A stretch of 64,000 nucleotides of DNA, from NCBI GenBank assembly GCA_051294375.1, contig CM119267.1, positions 5,322,578 through 5,386,577 on the forward strand, given 5' to 3'. The translations under genes were made by a program, and so were the position numbers. The notes under the pieces were generated by a model. It did no database searches. It was not told where the DNA came from and saw only the letters and a program-made list of their open reading frames with translations. This document shows positions 30,274-44,110 of this stretch, piece after piece (the stretch's first letter is position 1; each line of letters begins with the position of its first letter). The DNA is from Paraspadella gotoi (Eukaryota; Animalia; Chaetognatha).

Positions 30274-31829
30274 ATGCTGTGTGGGGTAGAAATAATGCTG
30301 CAAGAGGCCAAGAAGATTGAAGAGCATGTCCATAACAGGAAAATACCTTTGGGTAAGTTACGTACGAAATCGTTATCGTTGTGTGCTCTAAATTTTTAAG
30401 CACTCAGCGACAGTATCTTTCGACTACAATATTTACAAAAATAGTTTCAAAAAGGCACAAAAATTAGCACACTTATCAAGAATTCTAGTTTAATAAAAAC
30501 ATTTTTTTCAAAATATGGACATGGTAGAAAATTGTTTTATGGCTAAATTTAGTCTAATTAAATATATCTAATATGAAAAATTATAAAAATTATCCATCCA
30601 TTTAACAAATAAGCTATCTTGTCCCTGACTTTGGTGGTTTAAGGCCTATATAATTAATCATATCTAATTAATAATATCTCGATTAAAATGAATTTTGTTA
30701 AGATACAGATACATATTGCACATTCCTGAAATGTACCACAGAAAAGTGTGATGTTTTATTCTAAATAGAGAACATCCGAGACAATGCACGAAAATTCTAT
30801 CACCAATGCGCAACGAATTTCACGCGTCTGCAATCCTGTGAAGAATCGGGGTCCTATTCCATTGAAGAAGTAAAAATAGATCTAGATTTATTGAGTGTTA
30901 TGCAGCAGGTACGCTTGCATTGCTTGCATAAAAATCAAAAGATAAAACGATTACTTTAATGAAGATCTCTGTGAATAACTGGTAATAAATTAACTCCGAT
31001 TTGTAGAGGACCATGCCTCTGAATCTCGTCGGACCAGAGATTTGATTCCCTTTTCGTTATGGCGTCGCAGGTGCACGAGAACGCGGACCAATTGGCCTCC
31101 TCGTGTGTGACCCTTTACGACTTGACCCACGGCGAAGTAATTCCCGACAGATTCGACTCATTCTCCCGCGGAATTCTCAACATCGACAGCGACTTCAAGG
31201 TCTCGCATGTTAAAAATAAAAGGCTAAATAAAAATAAAATTATTATTATTACAATAAAAATCATAATTTTTATTGTAATAATACTCATCGATGATTTGGT
31301 AATTCACTTAAGTAAATGCTTTTTGAGCTAAGTAATAAGAATTGGTTCTTTTTTTCTTTTCAACAAGATGTGCGTCCTGCAATATTTCGAAGGCTTCATA
31401 GGGTCATCCACCGAAATCCCGGACGATACAAAAATCTACGAATGGGATTTGCGAAGAAACAAGGATCCAATTTCTATTGCCATCGAGCCCTTGACCAGGT
31501 TACAAAATTGGCCATTTTTATAGTTTTCTTAAAACGTATAAAATTTCAAATTTTCCAGGTACCTTATAACCCGAAAGCCGACTTGCAGTACTCTCTCTGT
31601 TCTCGACGAATTGGACAGTTGGAAAGAGGTAATTTTCTTTCAACCCTCTGGTAATAACTAACTCGAAATACAAACGTAATGAAGTAAATAGCTTCTAAAT
31701 ATTTTCTTAAAACAGGTCGAAGAATTCGACGACGGGTTAACCTACTGGAAAGCGCGCGATTCCGTATTGAAGCACGTACAAGAAAATAAGAAAATGTACG
31801 TGTCATTGGCGCGATCGCCAAGAAAGTAG
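30274..31829 (+). CDS. Orphan protein of unknown function (~231 aa)
   Basis: Six GT-AG-bounded exons (30274-30352, 30769-30908, 31038-31199, 31368-31498, 31559-31628, 31716-31829) join in one open frame. No motif recognised. Confidence 0.65.
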
Positions 31830-32447
31830 TAAAAATAAGTTGGTTTTGTCCTTACGTAGTCGCTTTTCATTTTACTGTTTATTTTCCCATCACGCCGCTT
31901 TTGTCGTGCCTTTTGAAATATATTTACAATATTTAGCTGTTTTGTACCGTTTATTATTCCTATCTCTTGACTTATACTCAACGTATGCAGAAAAAAATGA
32001 GTCAGCGCGCAAGAAGTCGATGCTTTGGATCAGCCCAGAAAGTGACCATTAGTTAATGTAATTCTTAGCCTGACAACTTGGTTAATGAACAATAATGAAT
32101 AACATTTTGAAACAATCATTTATTCAGCATTAGCGATGAAACAAACAGTTCTCGGTTTTCATCCTCTCTCTCTCTCTGGACCGCTAAATGAATGCAAACT
32201 AAAACTAGAAAAAAAGCAAGACAATCCAATTACGAGTCTTGAAAGAAGGGGGAAAATCTATTCAATGATTCTGGTGGAAATATGATAAAAGCATTTACAA
32301 AATGAAGGCATTTGTAATAGAATACAATTTGAAAAATGGAGAGGGAGAGGTGGGTGAGAGGAAACGAAAATACGATAAAACTACGACCACAATACCTAGT
32401 GGATAGTTGATAAGAAACAGAAAAAAAAAACCGTAAACAATCAAACA

Positions 32448-35400
32448 CTACCTGTTCCCCCGATAATTTCCGCGACCGCCCCTGCCTCCTCGATAGCCAC
32501 GATTTCCCGCTGCCATCTGCCCCTGCCTTGGCCGTAGCCGTCGTCACCCCCTCCGCCCCCCCAGTAGCCATCTTCCCCGCCACCTCGTCGTAGTGTCCCC
32601 CTCCTCCTCGGTGGTGCTCGTTCCCTTCGCCGTAATATTCCCGCCCGTCCTCTCTCGGCCGGTTAAACCTCGGAGGCCTATCTCCACGCATCGGCGGACG
32701 TCCACCGCCGCCACGATTGAACCCCTGGCCATGCGAGGGTGGGCGGCCTCCTCCTCCACCGCCCATAGGAAAAGGAGGCCCTCCATGATTCGGCGGCGGG
32801 CCCCCTTGATGAACCTGGCCTGGAGGAGGGCCACGAATTGGCGGTCCTCCTTGAAAATGTTGATTAGGCGCGTTGTTGTTGTAGTTGGAATTGGGAGGCA
32901 TTTGGCTGTGAGGCCCCGGGGCAAATTGCGCCGGCGGCGGCCCCGAGGGAGGGAAAGGCATGGTGCTTGGGGGCTGCCCTGTAAGACCGTGGTTGGGCAG
33001 GGGAACGAAGTTCTGGGTGGGCATCATTCCCGGCGGAGGCGACGAGAAATCGGGCAGGGGTTGAGGATTCGTGGGAGTATTGACGACGCCGAATGCAGGG
33101 AGGCCTGGCGGGGGAGCCGCGGGTCCGAAGCCGCCGGGACCAGGAGCTTGCTGAAAGACGGGTATCGGCGGAGGCAGTGGCCCCGCTTCCGCCGCGATGG
33201 AATTTTGTTGGAAAACCGGCGCCGGAGGCGCGTCTCCGCCCTCCGTCGGGTAGGAAGGAATTGGCTCGCCCGGCATAGTCGGCGGCGGGCCCCCAGAGGA
33301 AGCAGCGACGGACGGCGGCATTGAGCGGTAATCCACATCCCCGTAATCGATTCCCTGATCGGAACTGACAGCCGGGAGAACCACGGGCGGCGGAGGGATT
33401 TCGTCTATTTTAGGCCTCTGCTGCTCTTGTGGCTTGGATTGGTCGCTGGATCGCTCGGCTGCGTTTACCGCTCCCAAAACGTTCTTTAACTCTTCGACGC
33501 TTATACCAGAACCGCCGCCAAAAAGGGAGCCCAGGTCAATTCCCGAAATTTCAGCTTGGGAGGTCGAAGAATCGGCAGCCACCGGGCGTAGTCGGGGATC
33601 CACGGGAAATTCCTCCACGTCCGGATCCTCGGAGATGACAGGCGTTTCGACGGGAGGGTCCATTGACGGCGCTGGCGTTGAATCCGTCGAAAGCGTTTTG
33701 GGCGACGAAGAAGGCACGAAGATGGGCAGAGGGGGGAGGTCATCGACAGCAGCAGAAGTGGAAGCGGCGGGTTCTTCTTCCGGGGCGCCTTCGTCCGAGC
33801 TGGAGAGACGTCTTGTCCGTTCCTCCTCGCCGGTCTTAGAGAGCTCGTCGATTCGCTGCTTGAGACTAAACGATTTGAGCCCGGAAAACATTCCCGACAT
33901 GCTCCCGCCCTTTTTCACGGGACCCTGTTTGGTGATTGAGACAGTGGCGGCGGCAGTAGCGTCCTCTCCGTCCTCGACGCCCTCGTTCGGCTTTCGCATC
34001 CCTTTTGGCCAAAGAGCTTCCGTCGTCTTCCGGAGTAAATCGAAGCCGAGATCGATCTTGTTTTTTCCTAAACCGGGAATGGCATTGGCGCCATCCGATT
34101 TTTCGGGAGATGTGTCGGGGGTGGAATCCGCCTCGCCCGGCGTCGTCGCGCGCTTCGAATCAGCAGAGGCGGCGCCGGAGCCTTTGCCGCCCATGAGTTC
34201 GACCTCCATGTCGCCGGGTTCGTCGCGCGTAGGCGTGCATTGCCCCTCTTCGTCACGGGTGGGCGTTCCGGCGTCGCTCGTCGTCTCTGCAAGACTCGGA
34301 TCCTGAATTTAAAATTTACATTTAGTGAGTGACATTCAGAAACTAAAAATTATTTCAGTGCCTCAAAGATTCAAAAACCAACCTCCGAATTTGACGGCGT
34401 CTCTGTAGAAAAGACTTCGTCGTCTGCCGACTCGCTCCTCTCGGCGACGATCTTCGGCATGCTCCCCGAACGAGTCGTCGGTGGAAGTGGAATGGATTCC
34501 AAAGGCGGCGAGATGACGTCCGGCGGCACCACACCCTTCACGGCCCCCCAAATGCGGTCGTCGACGTCGCCCTTTACCGAAGCGAGGCCAAACACAGAGG
34601 GTTTGGGTGGCGGGGGCGGAGGAGGCGGGGGTGGATCGTCGTCCTCGGTGGCGCGCTCGGGATCGTAAGGAGCGTCTCCCTCGTAGGACGGAGCGTCCGA
34701 AGAAGATCCCCGTTCTTTGGACGAATGTTGATTCCTCTCACTCTTTTCTCTACTCTTGCTGCGATCGCTGTCCCATCGACTAGATTTGAGCTCGTCCATG
34801 ATTCGATCGTCCCTATCTCTCACGTCTTTGGAGTCCTTCTCCGGTTCCGTCCTACTTCTCCGACCACGCCTCTCCTCTCGCTCTCTGTCGCTCTCTCTCC
34901 TTCGGCCGCGTTCGTCCCAGTTCGATCGCGATCTCTTTCTGGATTTCTCTCGTCTTTCGTCGTCGTCGTCGTCGACCCGTTCGTGTCTTTCGTCCCTGCC
35001 ACGTTTGTGTCTTTCGTCCTTGTCTCGTTCGTGTCTTTCGACCCAGTCTTCCTTGTCCCTCTCGTGCCTTTTGTTGCGCTCCGATCCTTCGTCGGCGTCT
35101 CTCTCGTGTCTTCCGATTCTGTCTCGATGTCTATCGTCCCAGTCTCTAATAGCTCTTTCGTCACGATCTTTTTTAACCTGCTCCTCTTCCCTCTCACGCG
35201 CGCGACGTCCGTCTGCCCTTTCCGGCTCCGCCTCCTTTTCCGCAATCGCTTTCCTGGAGGCCTCCCATACTTCCCAATCGCTCTTGTCCTTGGATCTTGA
35301 TCTCCTTTCTCCCGTTTCCTCTCGCTCCATTCTGGTCTCGACATCACATCTCCCGAACCTCTCGTCCTTGTCCAACTTAGGGGATGGGTGGGTGTAGTTG

Positions 35401-38400
35401 GGGAAACTCTCGTGAGGTTCCGGCCCTGAATTGGTTCTGTCCAAACGGCTTATGCGAGCCTTCGGGTTGACTTGTTTCGGTGGAAAAAGTGAAGACTTCT
35501 CGCTTTTCCCTCGCTCAAAAGCGAGGATTCTTTCGTCCGTGTCCATGTTTCGATGGTCAATGTCTCTGATTCTTTCGTCAATGTCCATAGACTCCGACCT
35601 TACGGACTTTTTCTCGACATCTCGAACCCGTTCGTCGACGTCCTTCGAGACAACCTTAGCGGGCCGCCGATCAGCAGAGTCGGGACGTCGATCAGGCGGA
35701 GGCGTGTCTCGCGGCAACGGGATCGCCGACAAAGAAGTTTCGGAGACGACAGCGGCGGCGAGAGGAGGCGGAGGGGGCGGAGGTGAAGGCGGCGGCGGCG
35801 GCGTGGAAGAGGTAGAGGCCGCATCTGCTTCCATGCCCGCTGCCTCGTTTTTAAGCGAGGATTTTTCCTCCGATTGCGGCGGCTGAAGCTGCTGACCCAA
35901 TTTGCGGCGCTGCTGCTCAACTTTTTCCTCGAGTTTTTTCAAGAGACGCTGCTTCTCGTCGACGCTATCCGTAGAGGCGATTTTTGCGAGAAATAAAGAT
36001 GTCGCTTCCTAATTGGGCAAACAGTGATTAGTAAGGCGGGCCAAAATTAAACACTTTTTATAACATCTAGACTAGATTCTAGTTCTTTCAAAAAAAATCT
36101 TTTTTCCTTCTACTTTTTTGAATTAGTTCATTGGGTTGTTAAATATTTATTAATATATAACAAATGACAATTTTTTTTAAATTTTGTTTTTTAAGAAAAG
36201 ATTCTTTTAAAGCTTAAAAAGGTAATACTATAATTTTTTAAAAGTTTGACTATAAATTGGTTAAAAATAAACAAAATCTTAAAAAATCATCATCATTGGC
36301 TTAATTTTATATTTTTTTTTATAATTTTTATCAATGAAAAAAAAATTTAAAAATATAATAATAACCTTTATCCTTTATCTAACTTTTAAAGCTTTATCAG
36401 AATCTATTTAAACATTTAAATTTTTTTTTATATTTTATGTAGTAATAAAATAATTTTTAAATTCTTCCGTGCGCTTATCTATCTTAATCTTATAAATCTT
36501 AAATCTTAAATCTTAAAACTATTTTCATTTTCATATTCTCTAACAGTCACTTTACCATTATTTATTTGAGAGAACTTCTCGTTTTCTACCGGTTCCGGCC
36601 GAGTGATGAGGTCATATCAACGATTCAACATACAAATAATTTTGCTTATTTACTGACAAGATAGTTTTTTTGATGATCAAACCTGAGGATTTGAGGTTTT
36701 GGAGATTTCCTCGATGATCGTGTCCGTCTCCGCAGCCTCTTTGGCTCCATCGGCCTCGTCGGGAATGGAGGAGATCTCCATGTCGGTCTCCTCGAGATTT
36801 GAATCATCCCCGGATTTCGGCATCACCCAGGGGGTCTCGTCCTCGGGGTTGTATGCTTCCTCCTCCTCTTCATCTTCCGCGGTTTTGTCGTCGTGGGCGT
36901 ATTGCTTGACGATGGAATCGGCGCTAAACTTTTCGGACAACTCCCCAGTCTTCACCAAAGCGCGTTTCTCTTCGTCTTTGAGGCGCCGCTTTCTCTGCTT
37001 GTCCGACTCTTTGCTCCGTTTCTCGGGGGGCGTGGCTTCCGCAGAGTTTTCTGGCACCGGCGCTGGTTCGAGTGGTCGTTTCGCGGTGCGATGCCGAATG
37101 ATGACGCCGATGAGCATGTGTGGGCGCTTTTCTTCGAAGCCCGGGCCGTCGAAGGGGAGAAGAACGCCTAGGATAGACGAGGATTGATATTTGAAGATAT
37201 TGAAACTTTTTCAAATTGTAATAACTTGTTTAACCTAATTACGTTTTAATTTGTAATATTTCGAAGTGTCAAAATATTATAATTATGCCTAACTTTGAAA
37301 TATAATTTCATGGAAGCGACTGAATGACTAATAATTTTATTATTTGATCACAAATTTATTAAATTCTTTTTCCTCACTTGGAACTTTCGAGTTTGCCGCC
37401 AAGGGGACGATGTACATGTCCTTGATGACTTTAGAAGCGCCAGAGATGACTCCATATCGATTCCTCCCGAGGAGATAGGAGTACATCTGGACGTAGTGGA
37501 CCTTCTCCTCCTCCGTGGCCGCGTGGAATCGCACGACGATCAATTCCTTCGTCGGGTTCATCTTCATCTTCCCGATGTAATCCCAGGCGGTTTGCGGAGG
37601 AATCCGGCCGCAAATGTGCAGGTGATCCTTGAGATCCTGCTTGATGGTTTCCGAGGCGCCAGAGACGGCGTAAGCCAACGTGACGAACTTTTCCATGTCG
37701 GAGCTGGAGATGAATCCCTTCCAGATGGCGCGGTCGACCGTGAATCTCTCCTTGTGCGGCGGCGCCCCTTCCCTGCTCTTTACGGCGCCAGAGCCGCCGG
37801 GCGTAGATCCGCCGTCGACGAGAGTCGATTTGATGCGTTCGTCGACGTCTTCCTTCGCCGCCGATTTCTCGCGCTCTCGTCCAACGGATCCGGTTCGGCG
37901 CTTGTCGTCTCTCGGATCGCTTCTCGGATCGCTTCTCGGATCGCTTCTCGGATCGCTTCTCGGATCCTTATGGTCAAGAGGGGGCGGGGCGACCGCTGTT
38001 TCCTGAACGGCGTTTGACTTTCTGAGTCGTGGATCCGCTGATACGACGGGCGGCACTGGCTGAGGTGGAGTCGGAATAACTTGACGAGAAGTCTCCGAGA
38101 TTTCGGTGTCGCTCAGGGACGGAAGAGCGGGATCGCTTCGATTGAGAATCGCCTCGAATTCGATCATCGACTGCTCGTGAGAAGGTGTCGTGGAATCTTC
38201 CGACGTTTCCTTGATCACTTCCTTTGACACTTTCAGCTTTTTGGGTTCAGGCTGCTTGAGCGTCTTTGCGGAGACCTTTCCCGTGCAGATCTTGCAATTG
38301 AGGTCGAAAAGATGGGCATGGTGCTGAGAAGTGGTGTCGCCGAGAGTCGTGGAAAAAATATCCGGCAGCGAAGACGGAGCGGGCTCCGGAGTCGGCTCTG

Positions 38401-41400
38401 TTTTAACGACTTTAGGTTCGAGTTTGGCCGACGCCGGGGCATCGGTCGTCGAGGATGTAGATTCACGTTTGACATCCTTCTTGACTGGGGACGCGGATCG
38501 TTGCTTGACTAGTTCTTCTTGTTCCTCTTTACCATCCTTTTTCTCCTTTGTCCCTTCCTCTTCTTCTTCCGTCTTCTCCTTCAGTTCTTCCTCTTCCTTG
38601 GGAGTCGGGGGTTTTTCGTCTATGATCTTCCCCTCGTCCTTGACGATCTCGATCTCTCCCTTGTGAGTGATCTTCCGCACGATGGCGGTGGCGGCGTTTT
38701 TCTTCTCTTCCTCCTCCTTGGCTATCACCATCTCCAGTTCCTTCTTCCGCTCCAAGTCCCTCCATTGCGACAGTTCTTTCGAGGCTAATTCCTCGGGGCT
38801 TAGGTTGACCAACTTCTTCGGGGTCAATCCTCCTCGGAGGATCTTCCGGTACAACCCCTGATTCTTCTGATCCTTGATGTTGAAGAGCACGCTGCGATAT
38901 TTGGCCTTGTACTTGGTGTTGGTTTCTCCGTGAAGCAGAAAGAGTTGCTCCTCGATGTTGGAAGCGATCTTCCTGATCTCAAACTCTGGGATCTTGACCG
39001 GATTTTCCGCCTCGTTGTTCCTCTGCAAAAGGAGATCCTTGAGAGACTTTCGCACGTTTTTTCTGATGGTTTCCGAGCTTAACTCCAGCTGCTTTTTCTT
39101 CTCCTGCTCGTGACGATCCTGTTCCCTTTTTAGCTTTTCCATTTTCTTCCTCTTCTTTTCCTCCTTGGCGGCGGCGAGCTTGGAGGCCTCTTCCTCCGAT
39201 TCGTCGTCGCTGATGATCTTTCGCTTTTTGGAAGGAGTCGTCGTCTCCGTCTTCTCTTTGCCGTAAAGCTTGGTGGAGACGGGGCTAGTTTTGTCGCCGT
39301 CACTGTTAGTCCTTTGTTTTCCCGGGCTGATTTTGTCCCCGTCGAGTTTGGATTCCTTATGATGGTGATGGTGATCCTTGTGCTTGGGCGCCTCGGGTCG
39401 CAAAACCTGAAATCTCGGATTGTCCCTCAACCATTGGACGAGATTGGCGGCCGTCGGGGCGCGAGGCCCGGTTAAGAGGCGTCCAGTTTTTTTTTCGATA
39501 ACGATGACTCGCTCGCATTTTCTGGTGGGCGTGTCGGCGTCCCCGAGCTCCCCTTTCTTCAGCGGGGGATGATCCTTGCTGAGGATGGAAAGCTCTTCGA
39601 CGATCCGGTGCGAGGAGAGTCCCAAACGTCTACGTTTGTCCTCTGAAATAATAACAATTTTAGTTAACAAGAATGTTTTCACTGTTGATTTCCGCTCAAG
39701 AATTGTTGACTTTAAAACGGAATGTTTTGAAAGGAGACTGGAAAAATATTTTTTTCACAAAAATTCTTTTTGGACCTCGCCAATTTTTTTTTCTTTTTCA
39801 AAATTTATAAACTTAAAATTTATAACTTCAGCGTGAGTCGTTCTAAGTTAAAATCATATAAAAATTACATATAAGTAACAAGAGAACTTTCGTTTTAATT
39901 AATTAAATGTATTCTTAATTGATTAACTCAAAAACAAATGCCTAACACACTAACATACCCGCAATAAGCCTGAGCGACTCGTGCGCATGATCGGCAATGC
40001 ATTCTTCCCCACAATAGACCGAACTGAGTTTGGTTGGCTTTCCGCAAACGATGCAAGTCCCGTCCGCGTATTTCGCCTTGACGTCGGAAGCGGGTGGCCG
40101 AGCCTCCGCGTCCTTCTTGGCGACGTCTCCTTTCTTCGGCGTCTCGTTGGCCTCCGCCGGCGGTTTTTCCTTAACGACTGGCCTTTTGTCCTGCGGCGGC
40201 TTTTCCCCTTTCTTCTCCGCCGTAGCCTTTTCCTTTTCTTTTACCTTTTCCTTTTCCTTTACTTTCTCCTCGCCAGCCTTCTGATCGGCATCCGCGACGT
40301 TGTCCTCCTCGGCGGAGGAAGCGTCGATGTTCCAGAAGCGGCCCTTTCCCTCCGTCAAGACTCGTTTTCCGTCGGGCGACGTTTTCATTCCCTTCTTTTT
40401 CTTCTTCCTCTTCGGAGCCGCCTCCTTCTCCGCCCGGCGCGCCTGCTTGCACTTGGGGCAGACGTAGTCGACCCCATATTTTTCCATGTCGCGCCCCATG
40501 ACCTTCGTGATGCCGACGCATTCTCCATGGTACCACTCGTCGCAGAGGTCGCAGCAAATCATGAAACGATCGTCGTAGGGCTTGCGGCAAATGCACCACA
40601 GTTTGTTGGGGTCGTCGTCGGCCATTCTGTCGTCCTCTTCGTCGTCATCTTCCTCTTCCTCGTCGTCTTCCTCGTCCTCTTCTCCGTCGCTGTCGTCGTC
40701 CGCCTTGGCCTTTTTCGTCCGCTTCTCTTCCTTCGATGCTGTTTTTCCCGAATCGTCGGCTTTCGTTTTATCTTTTTCCTTGACCAGATTTTCCTTCCTT
40801 TTTCCCGGGGATTTTTTGGGCGACGAAGACGATAGTACCTCATCCTCCGTAGTTTCGCCATCGGCCATCGACTGAACGTTCATATCGAAACTGACCGATT
40901 TTCTCTTAAGCTTTCCGGCTCCGTCCTCGGCTTCTCCGCCGGACGGTGCCCCTTGGGCAGCCCCTTCGAACCCCGCGTCCATGAGAAACTCCCCAGTTCC
41001 GCTCTGTACCAAAACTAGCCTGGACTCGCCGCTTGGTGTCGTTTCGATCTTCAACTCTAACGTCGCCGCTTCCGGAACGGGAGGCGCCGTCGACGTTTCA
41101 GCGATTAGCGTCGTCGGAGCGGGATTCTGTTCGGTCAAAGATACGGCAGCGGCTGGAGCGGCAGCGGCAGTGACCGTAGCAGGGGAAGTCGTCGGCTTTG
41201 TTGTCCCTTTAGGCTTTTCCGGCATCTTATCCGGCGTGCTAAACAACGCTTCCTCCGCCAACAGATGCTCCCTCTGTTTCTGCTTTTCTTTCTCCTTCAT
41301 TAACTTTCTCTTCTCTTTTAGCTTCCTCTCCCGCTCCTTGGCCTCCTCCGCCTGCCGGGCCTTGAGCTCCTCCAATTCCTTCTCCTTTCTCCTCAGCCTC

Positions 41401-44110
41401 TTGAGTTCCTCCTCGGTCTCCCTCCGCTTTCTTTCTTCCTCCGTCTCGGCCGGTTTGAGAATGGACTTTGGTTTGCTCGGCGACTTGTCCGACTTTTTCT
41501 TTTTGTGCTTGTCCGATTTGTTCGGAGTCTCCTCCGCCCGTTCCTCCTTCTTGCCCGACTTTTTCCTCTTCCTCTTTTTCTTTTCCTCCCTCGGTTCCTC
41601 GGTCCAATCGTCGTCGTCCTCGTTGTCGTCGTCTTCCCCTTCGTCTTTGAAGTTGACGCGGCTTCGCCGTCTCTGTTTCTTCGGAGATTTCTCTTCTTCA
41701 TCCTCGTCGGTGTCGTCGTCTTTCTCTTCCTTTTCTTTTTCATCGTCTTTCTCCTTTTCCCTTTTTTCTTTGTCCTTCTCCTTTTTCTCCTTTCCCTTCT
41801 GCTTCTCTCGCTCTTCCTCTTCCTCTTTTTCCGTTTCTTCAATCTTCCGTTCTTCTTCTTTCTCCTCCTTCGATTCATCGAGAAGATCTTCTTCCTCGGC
41901 GTCCTTCTCTTCCTTCGTCGAGGCCGAAGCCTCCGTCACGCCGAATTTTTCCGCCAAGTTTTTGTGAACCTTTTCCGGGTGAACGCTGAGCATGTGATAA
42001 TTGTATCCGCTCTTACTGGCATAGGGTTTGTTGCAATGTGGGCACTTGTACTTGGCCTCGTTCTTGACCTCTTTGGCTTCCTTAACTTCCTTGGCTTCCT
42101 TGGCCTTTCCTGCCGCCTTTTTCTTGGATCCATCGGCCTTGGAACCGCCGGTGTCGTCGTCGTCGTCTTCGGCCTTGTTGGTAGACGTCGTATCCTCCGA
42201 AACTTTCTCCTCCTCCTCCTTTTTCCTCGCTTCGGCCTCTTTCCTCTCCCTCTCCTTCCTCTCCTCCTCGCGATTCTCGTTCCTCAGCTTCTCCGCCATC
42301 TCTTTCTCCTCGCGCTCTTGACGTCGAGACGATCGTCGGGTGGGTTTTTCCGGTGTCGGTTTGGGCTGTCGTGTGTACGTGCGTCCGCGCCCTTTGCCGG
42401 TCACGGCCAGGGGCGGGCTGGAATCGTGGTCGTTGCTCGGCGGCGGTGTCTTCGCCGTATCCGGTTCGGATTTCTGAGCGAATAGAGCGGATGAATAAAA
42501 TCGTGTTGGTTATTATCAAGATTGGTTACTTTTACTTTCGCCGACCGGGGGTTAGGATTAAGGGTGATTTAGGGATAGGAGGGTTTAGGGTTAAGGTAAT
42601 TAGGTAATTTTTTTAAATTTATGAATTCTTTTCATTTTTCAACAATTGTTTATTTGTATCGAATTTGATTTGGTCTTTTGACCTTTAAAAATCTAAATTC
42701 TCTTGGAAGGGACCGTGCATTTTTAAATAGTTTAATTTCCTAAAAATCAGTTTCTTTTAAGGTTGAGACATCAAAGCAACTGATCCTACTATAAAAATGT
42801 ATTAAATGTAAAAAATATTTTGCCCTTTTTAACCCCTCTTGGGGTACAACCCTAGGACGCTGTATCTCTTCTCAGGGTTGAATATAAAAATTCCGCTCGA
42901 TAGGTAGATTTATATGGTAATTCAGATTCTGTGTACAAAATTCCATCCAAATTAGTCCAGTAGTTACGTGGGAATCGATTATGGTCATAAAAAACAATTT
43001 TATATAGATAAAATTTTACTTTCGCCGACCGGGGTTTTGGCGTCATTTTTTTAAATACTTTTTAAAAAAATATAATTAAATAAAAATTCCTAATTACCCT
43101 CACCTTAAACCCTTTTAACCCTAACCACCCATAAAAAAAATCATGCCATTTTAAAAAATGTACTTTGTTCAAAGTTCATTTAACATTACCCATTTGGGCA
43201 TAATTTTTTTTTCCGACTGGGGTTAGGGGGGGTTGAGGGTTATGGGTGATTAGGATTAAGAGGGTTTAGAATTAAAATAAGTAATAAATTAAAAAAAAAA
43301 AAAATTAAATATTTTTTAAAAAGAAGCCAAAACCCCAGTTGACAAAAGTAAAATTTTACCCTAATTTGACCATTTCGACGAAGAGGTAACGGTATTATAC
43401 TATTATTTTACAAATAAAAACAAATTCATCAAACAAAAGACCAAGTTTTGACATACTATTTTCTAGCATAATTTCTGAGCTCAATTTTTAATTGACAATG
43501 GCCTTTCTTAAATACATACTGCCCCAATTACTTTTTCATCGTTGGGTAAATCCGCGGCCTCCTGCTGCAATTTGTCGAGCGCCGTTTGGCAATAAGAATG
43601 ATCCCAAAACCCGCGCGCGTTTTCGTTGTCGGCGCCGGCCTGCGTCGTCCCATCGACGCTTTGCGTGGGAGAGAGGAGTTTGGGGTCTCCGGCTGGCAGG
43701 GCGACGGTGTGCTGGAGCGAAATGGAGTCGAGCTCCTGCGCCGGGATGCAGATCGACTCCGCGCCCAGAATGTTCTGAAACTCTACGTCCTCGAAGTTCT
43801 CCAGAATTCTCTTGCCCTCCTCCGAAGTCAGTGCCGCCTCGATTTGGGACAGCTGTTCCGGCGTCAACGCCATCCCCGCCACCGGAAGCGTGATGACTGC
43901 GCTTTCCGTCGTCGTCGTCAACGTCGCTAGAGTCGTCGCCGAGGTAACAGCCGCGACGGAAGCCTCGGTCTCGCCGGCGTCGGAATCGGCGCTTGAGGAC
44001 GCCTCGGAGGCGTCTTCGGAAGCGTCGGGATTCTGAAGCATGTGGAGCACGGCCGACATGGAATTATTCAACGCGGCGCTCTGTTTTCGTTTAGTTTTTG
44101 TTCCCTCCAT
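32448..44110 (-). CDS. DIDO1: DIDO1/PHF3/PPS family protein (PHD, BRK, TFIIS-M, SPOC)
   Basis: PHD LWCICRKPYDDRFMICCDLCDEWYHGECV; BRK ERVIVIEKKTGRLLTGPRAP; TFIIS-M KYKAKYRSVLFNIKDQKN; HHAHLFDLNCKICTG; SPOC IWKGFI..CGRIPP. Exons 43532-44110, 39959-42473, 37378-39642, 36683-37167, 34383-36008 and <=34302. The likely true stop is 32448 (see findings); as written the ORF runs to 32230. Confidence 0.92.
42524..43361. mobile_element. Cluster of three family A copies (42524-42612, 43010-43132, 43196-43361)
   Basis: tttactttcgccgaccgggg termini with ggtttagggttaagg / taaccctaacc interiors, in the first coding intron of the DIDO gene. Confidence 0.8.
42810..42975. mobile_element. Probable Helitron/Helentron-derived fragment
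   Basis: tgtgtacaaaattccatccaaattagtccagtagtt resembles a recalled non-autonomous Helitron core motif (aaatttcatccaaatcggtccagtagtt). Confidence 0.4.

Noticed and set aside
32593-42485. Many long + strand ORFs overlapping the DIDO gene
   Set aside because: They are antisense shadows of GC-rich, low-complexity coding exons, with no motifs or splice structure of their own.
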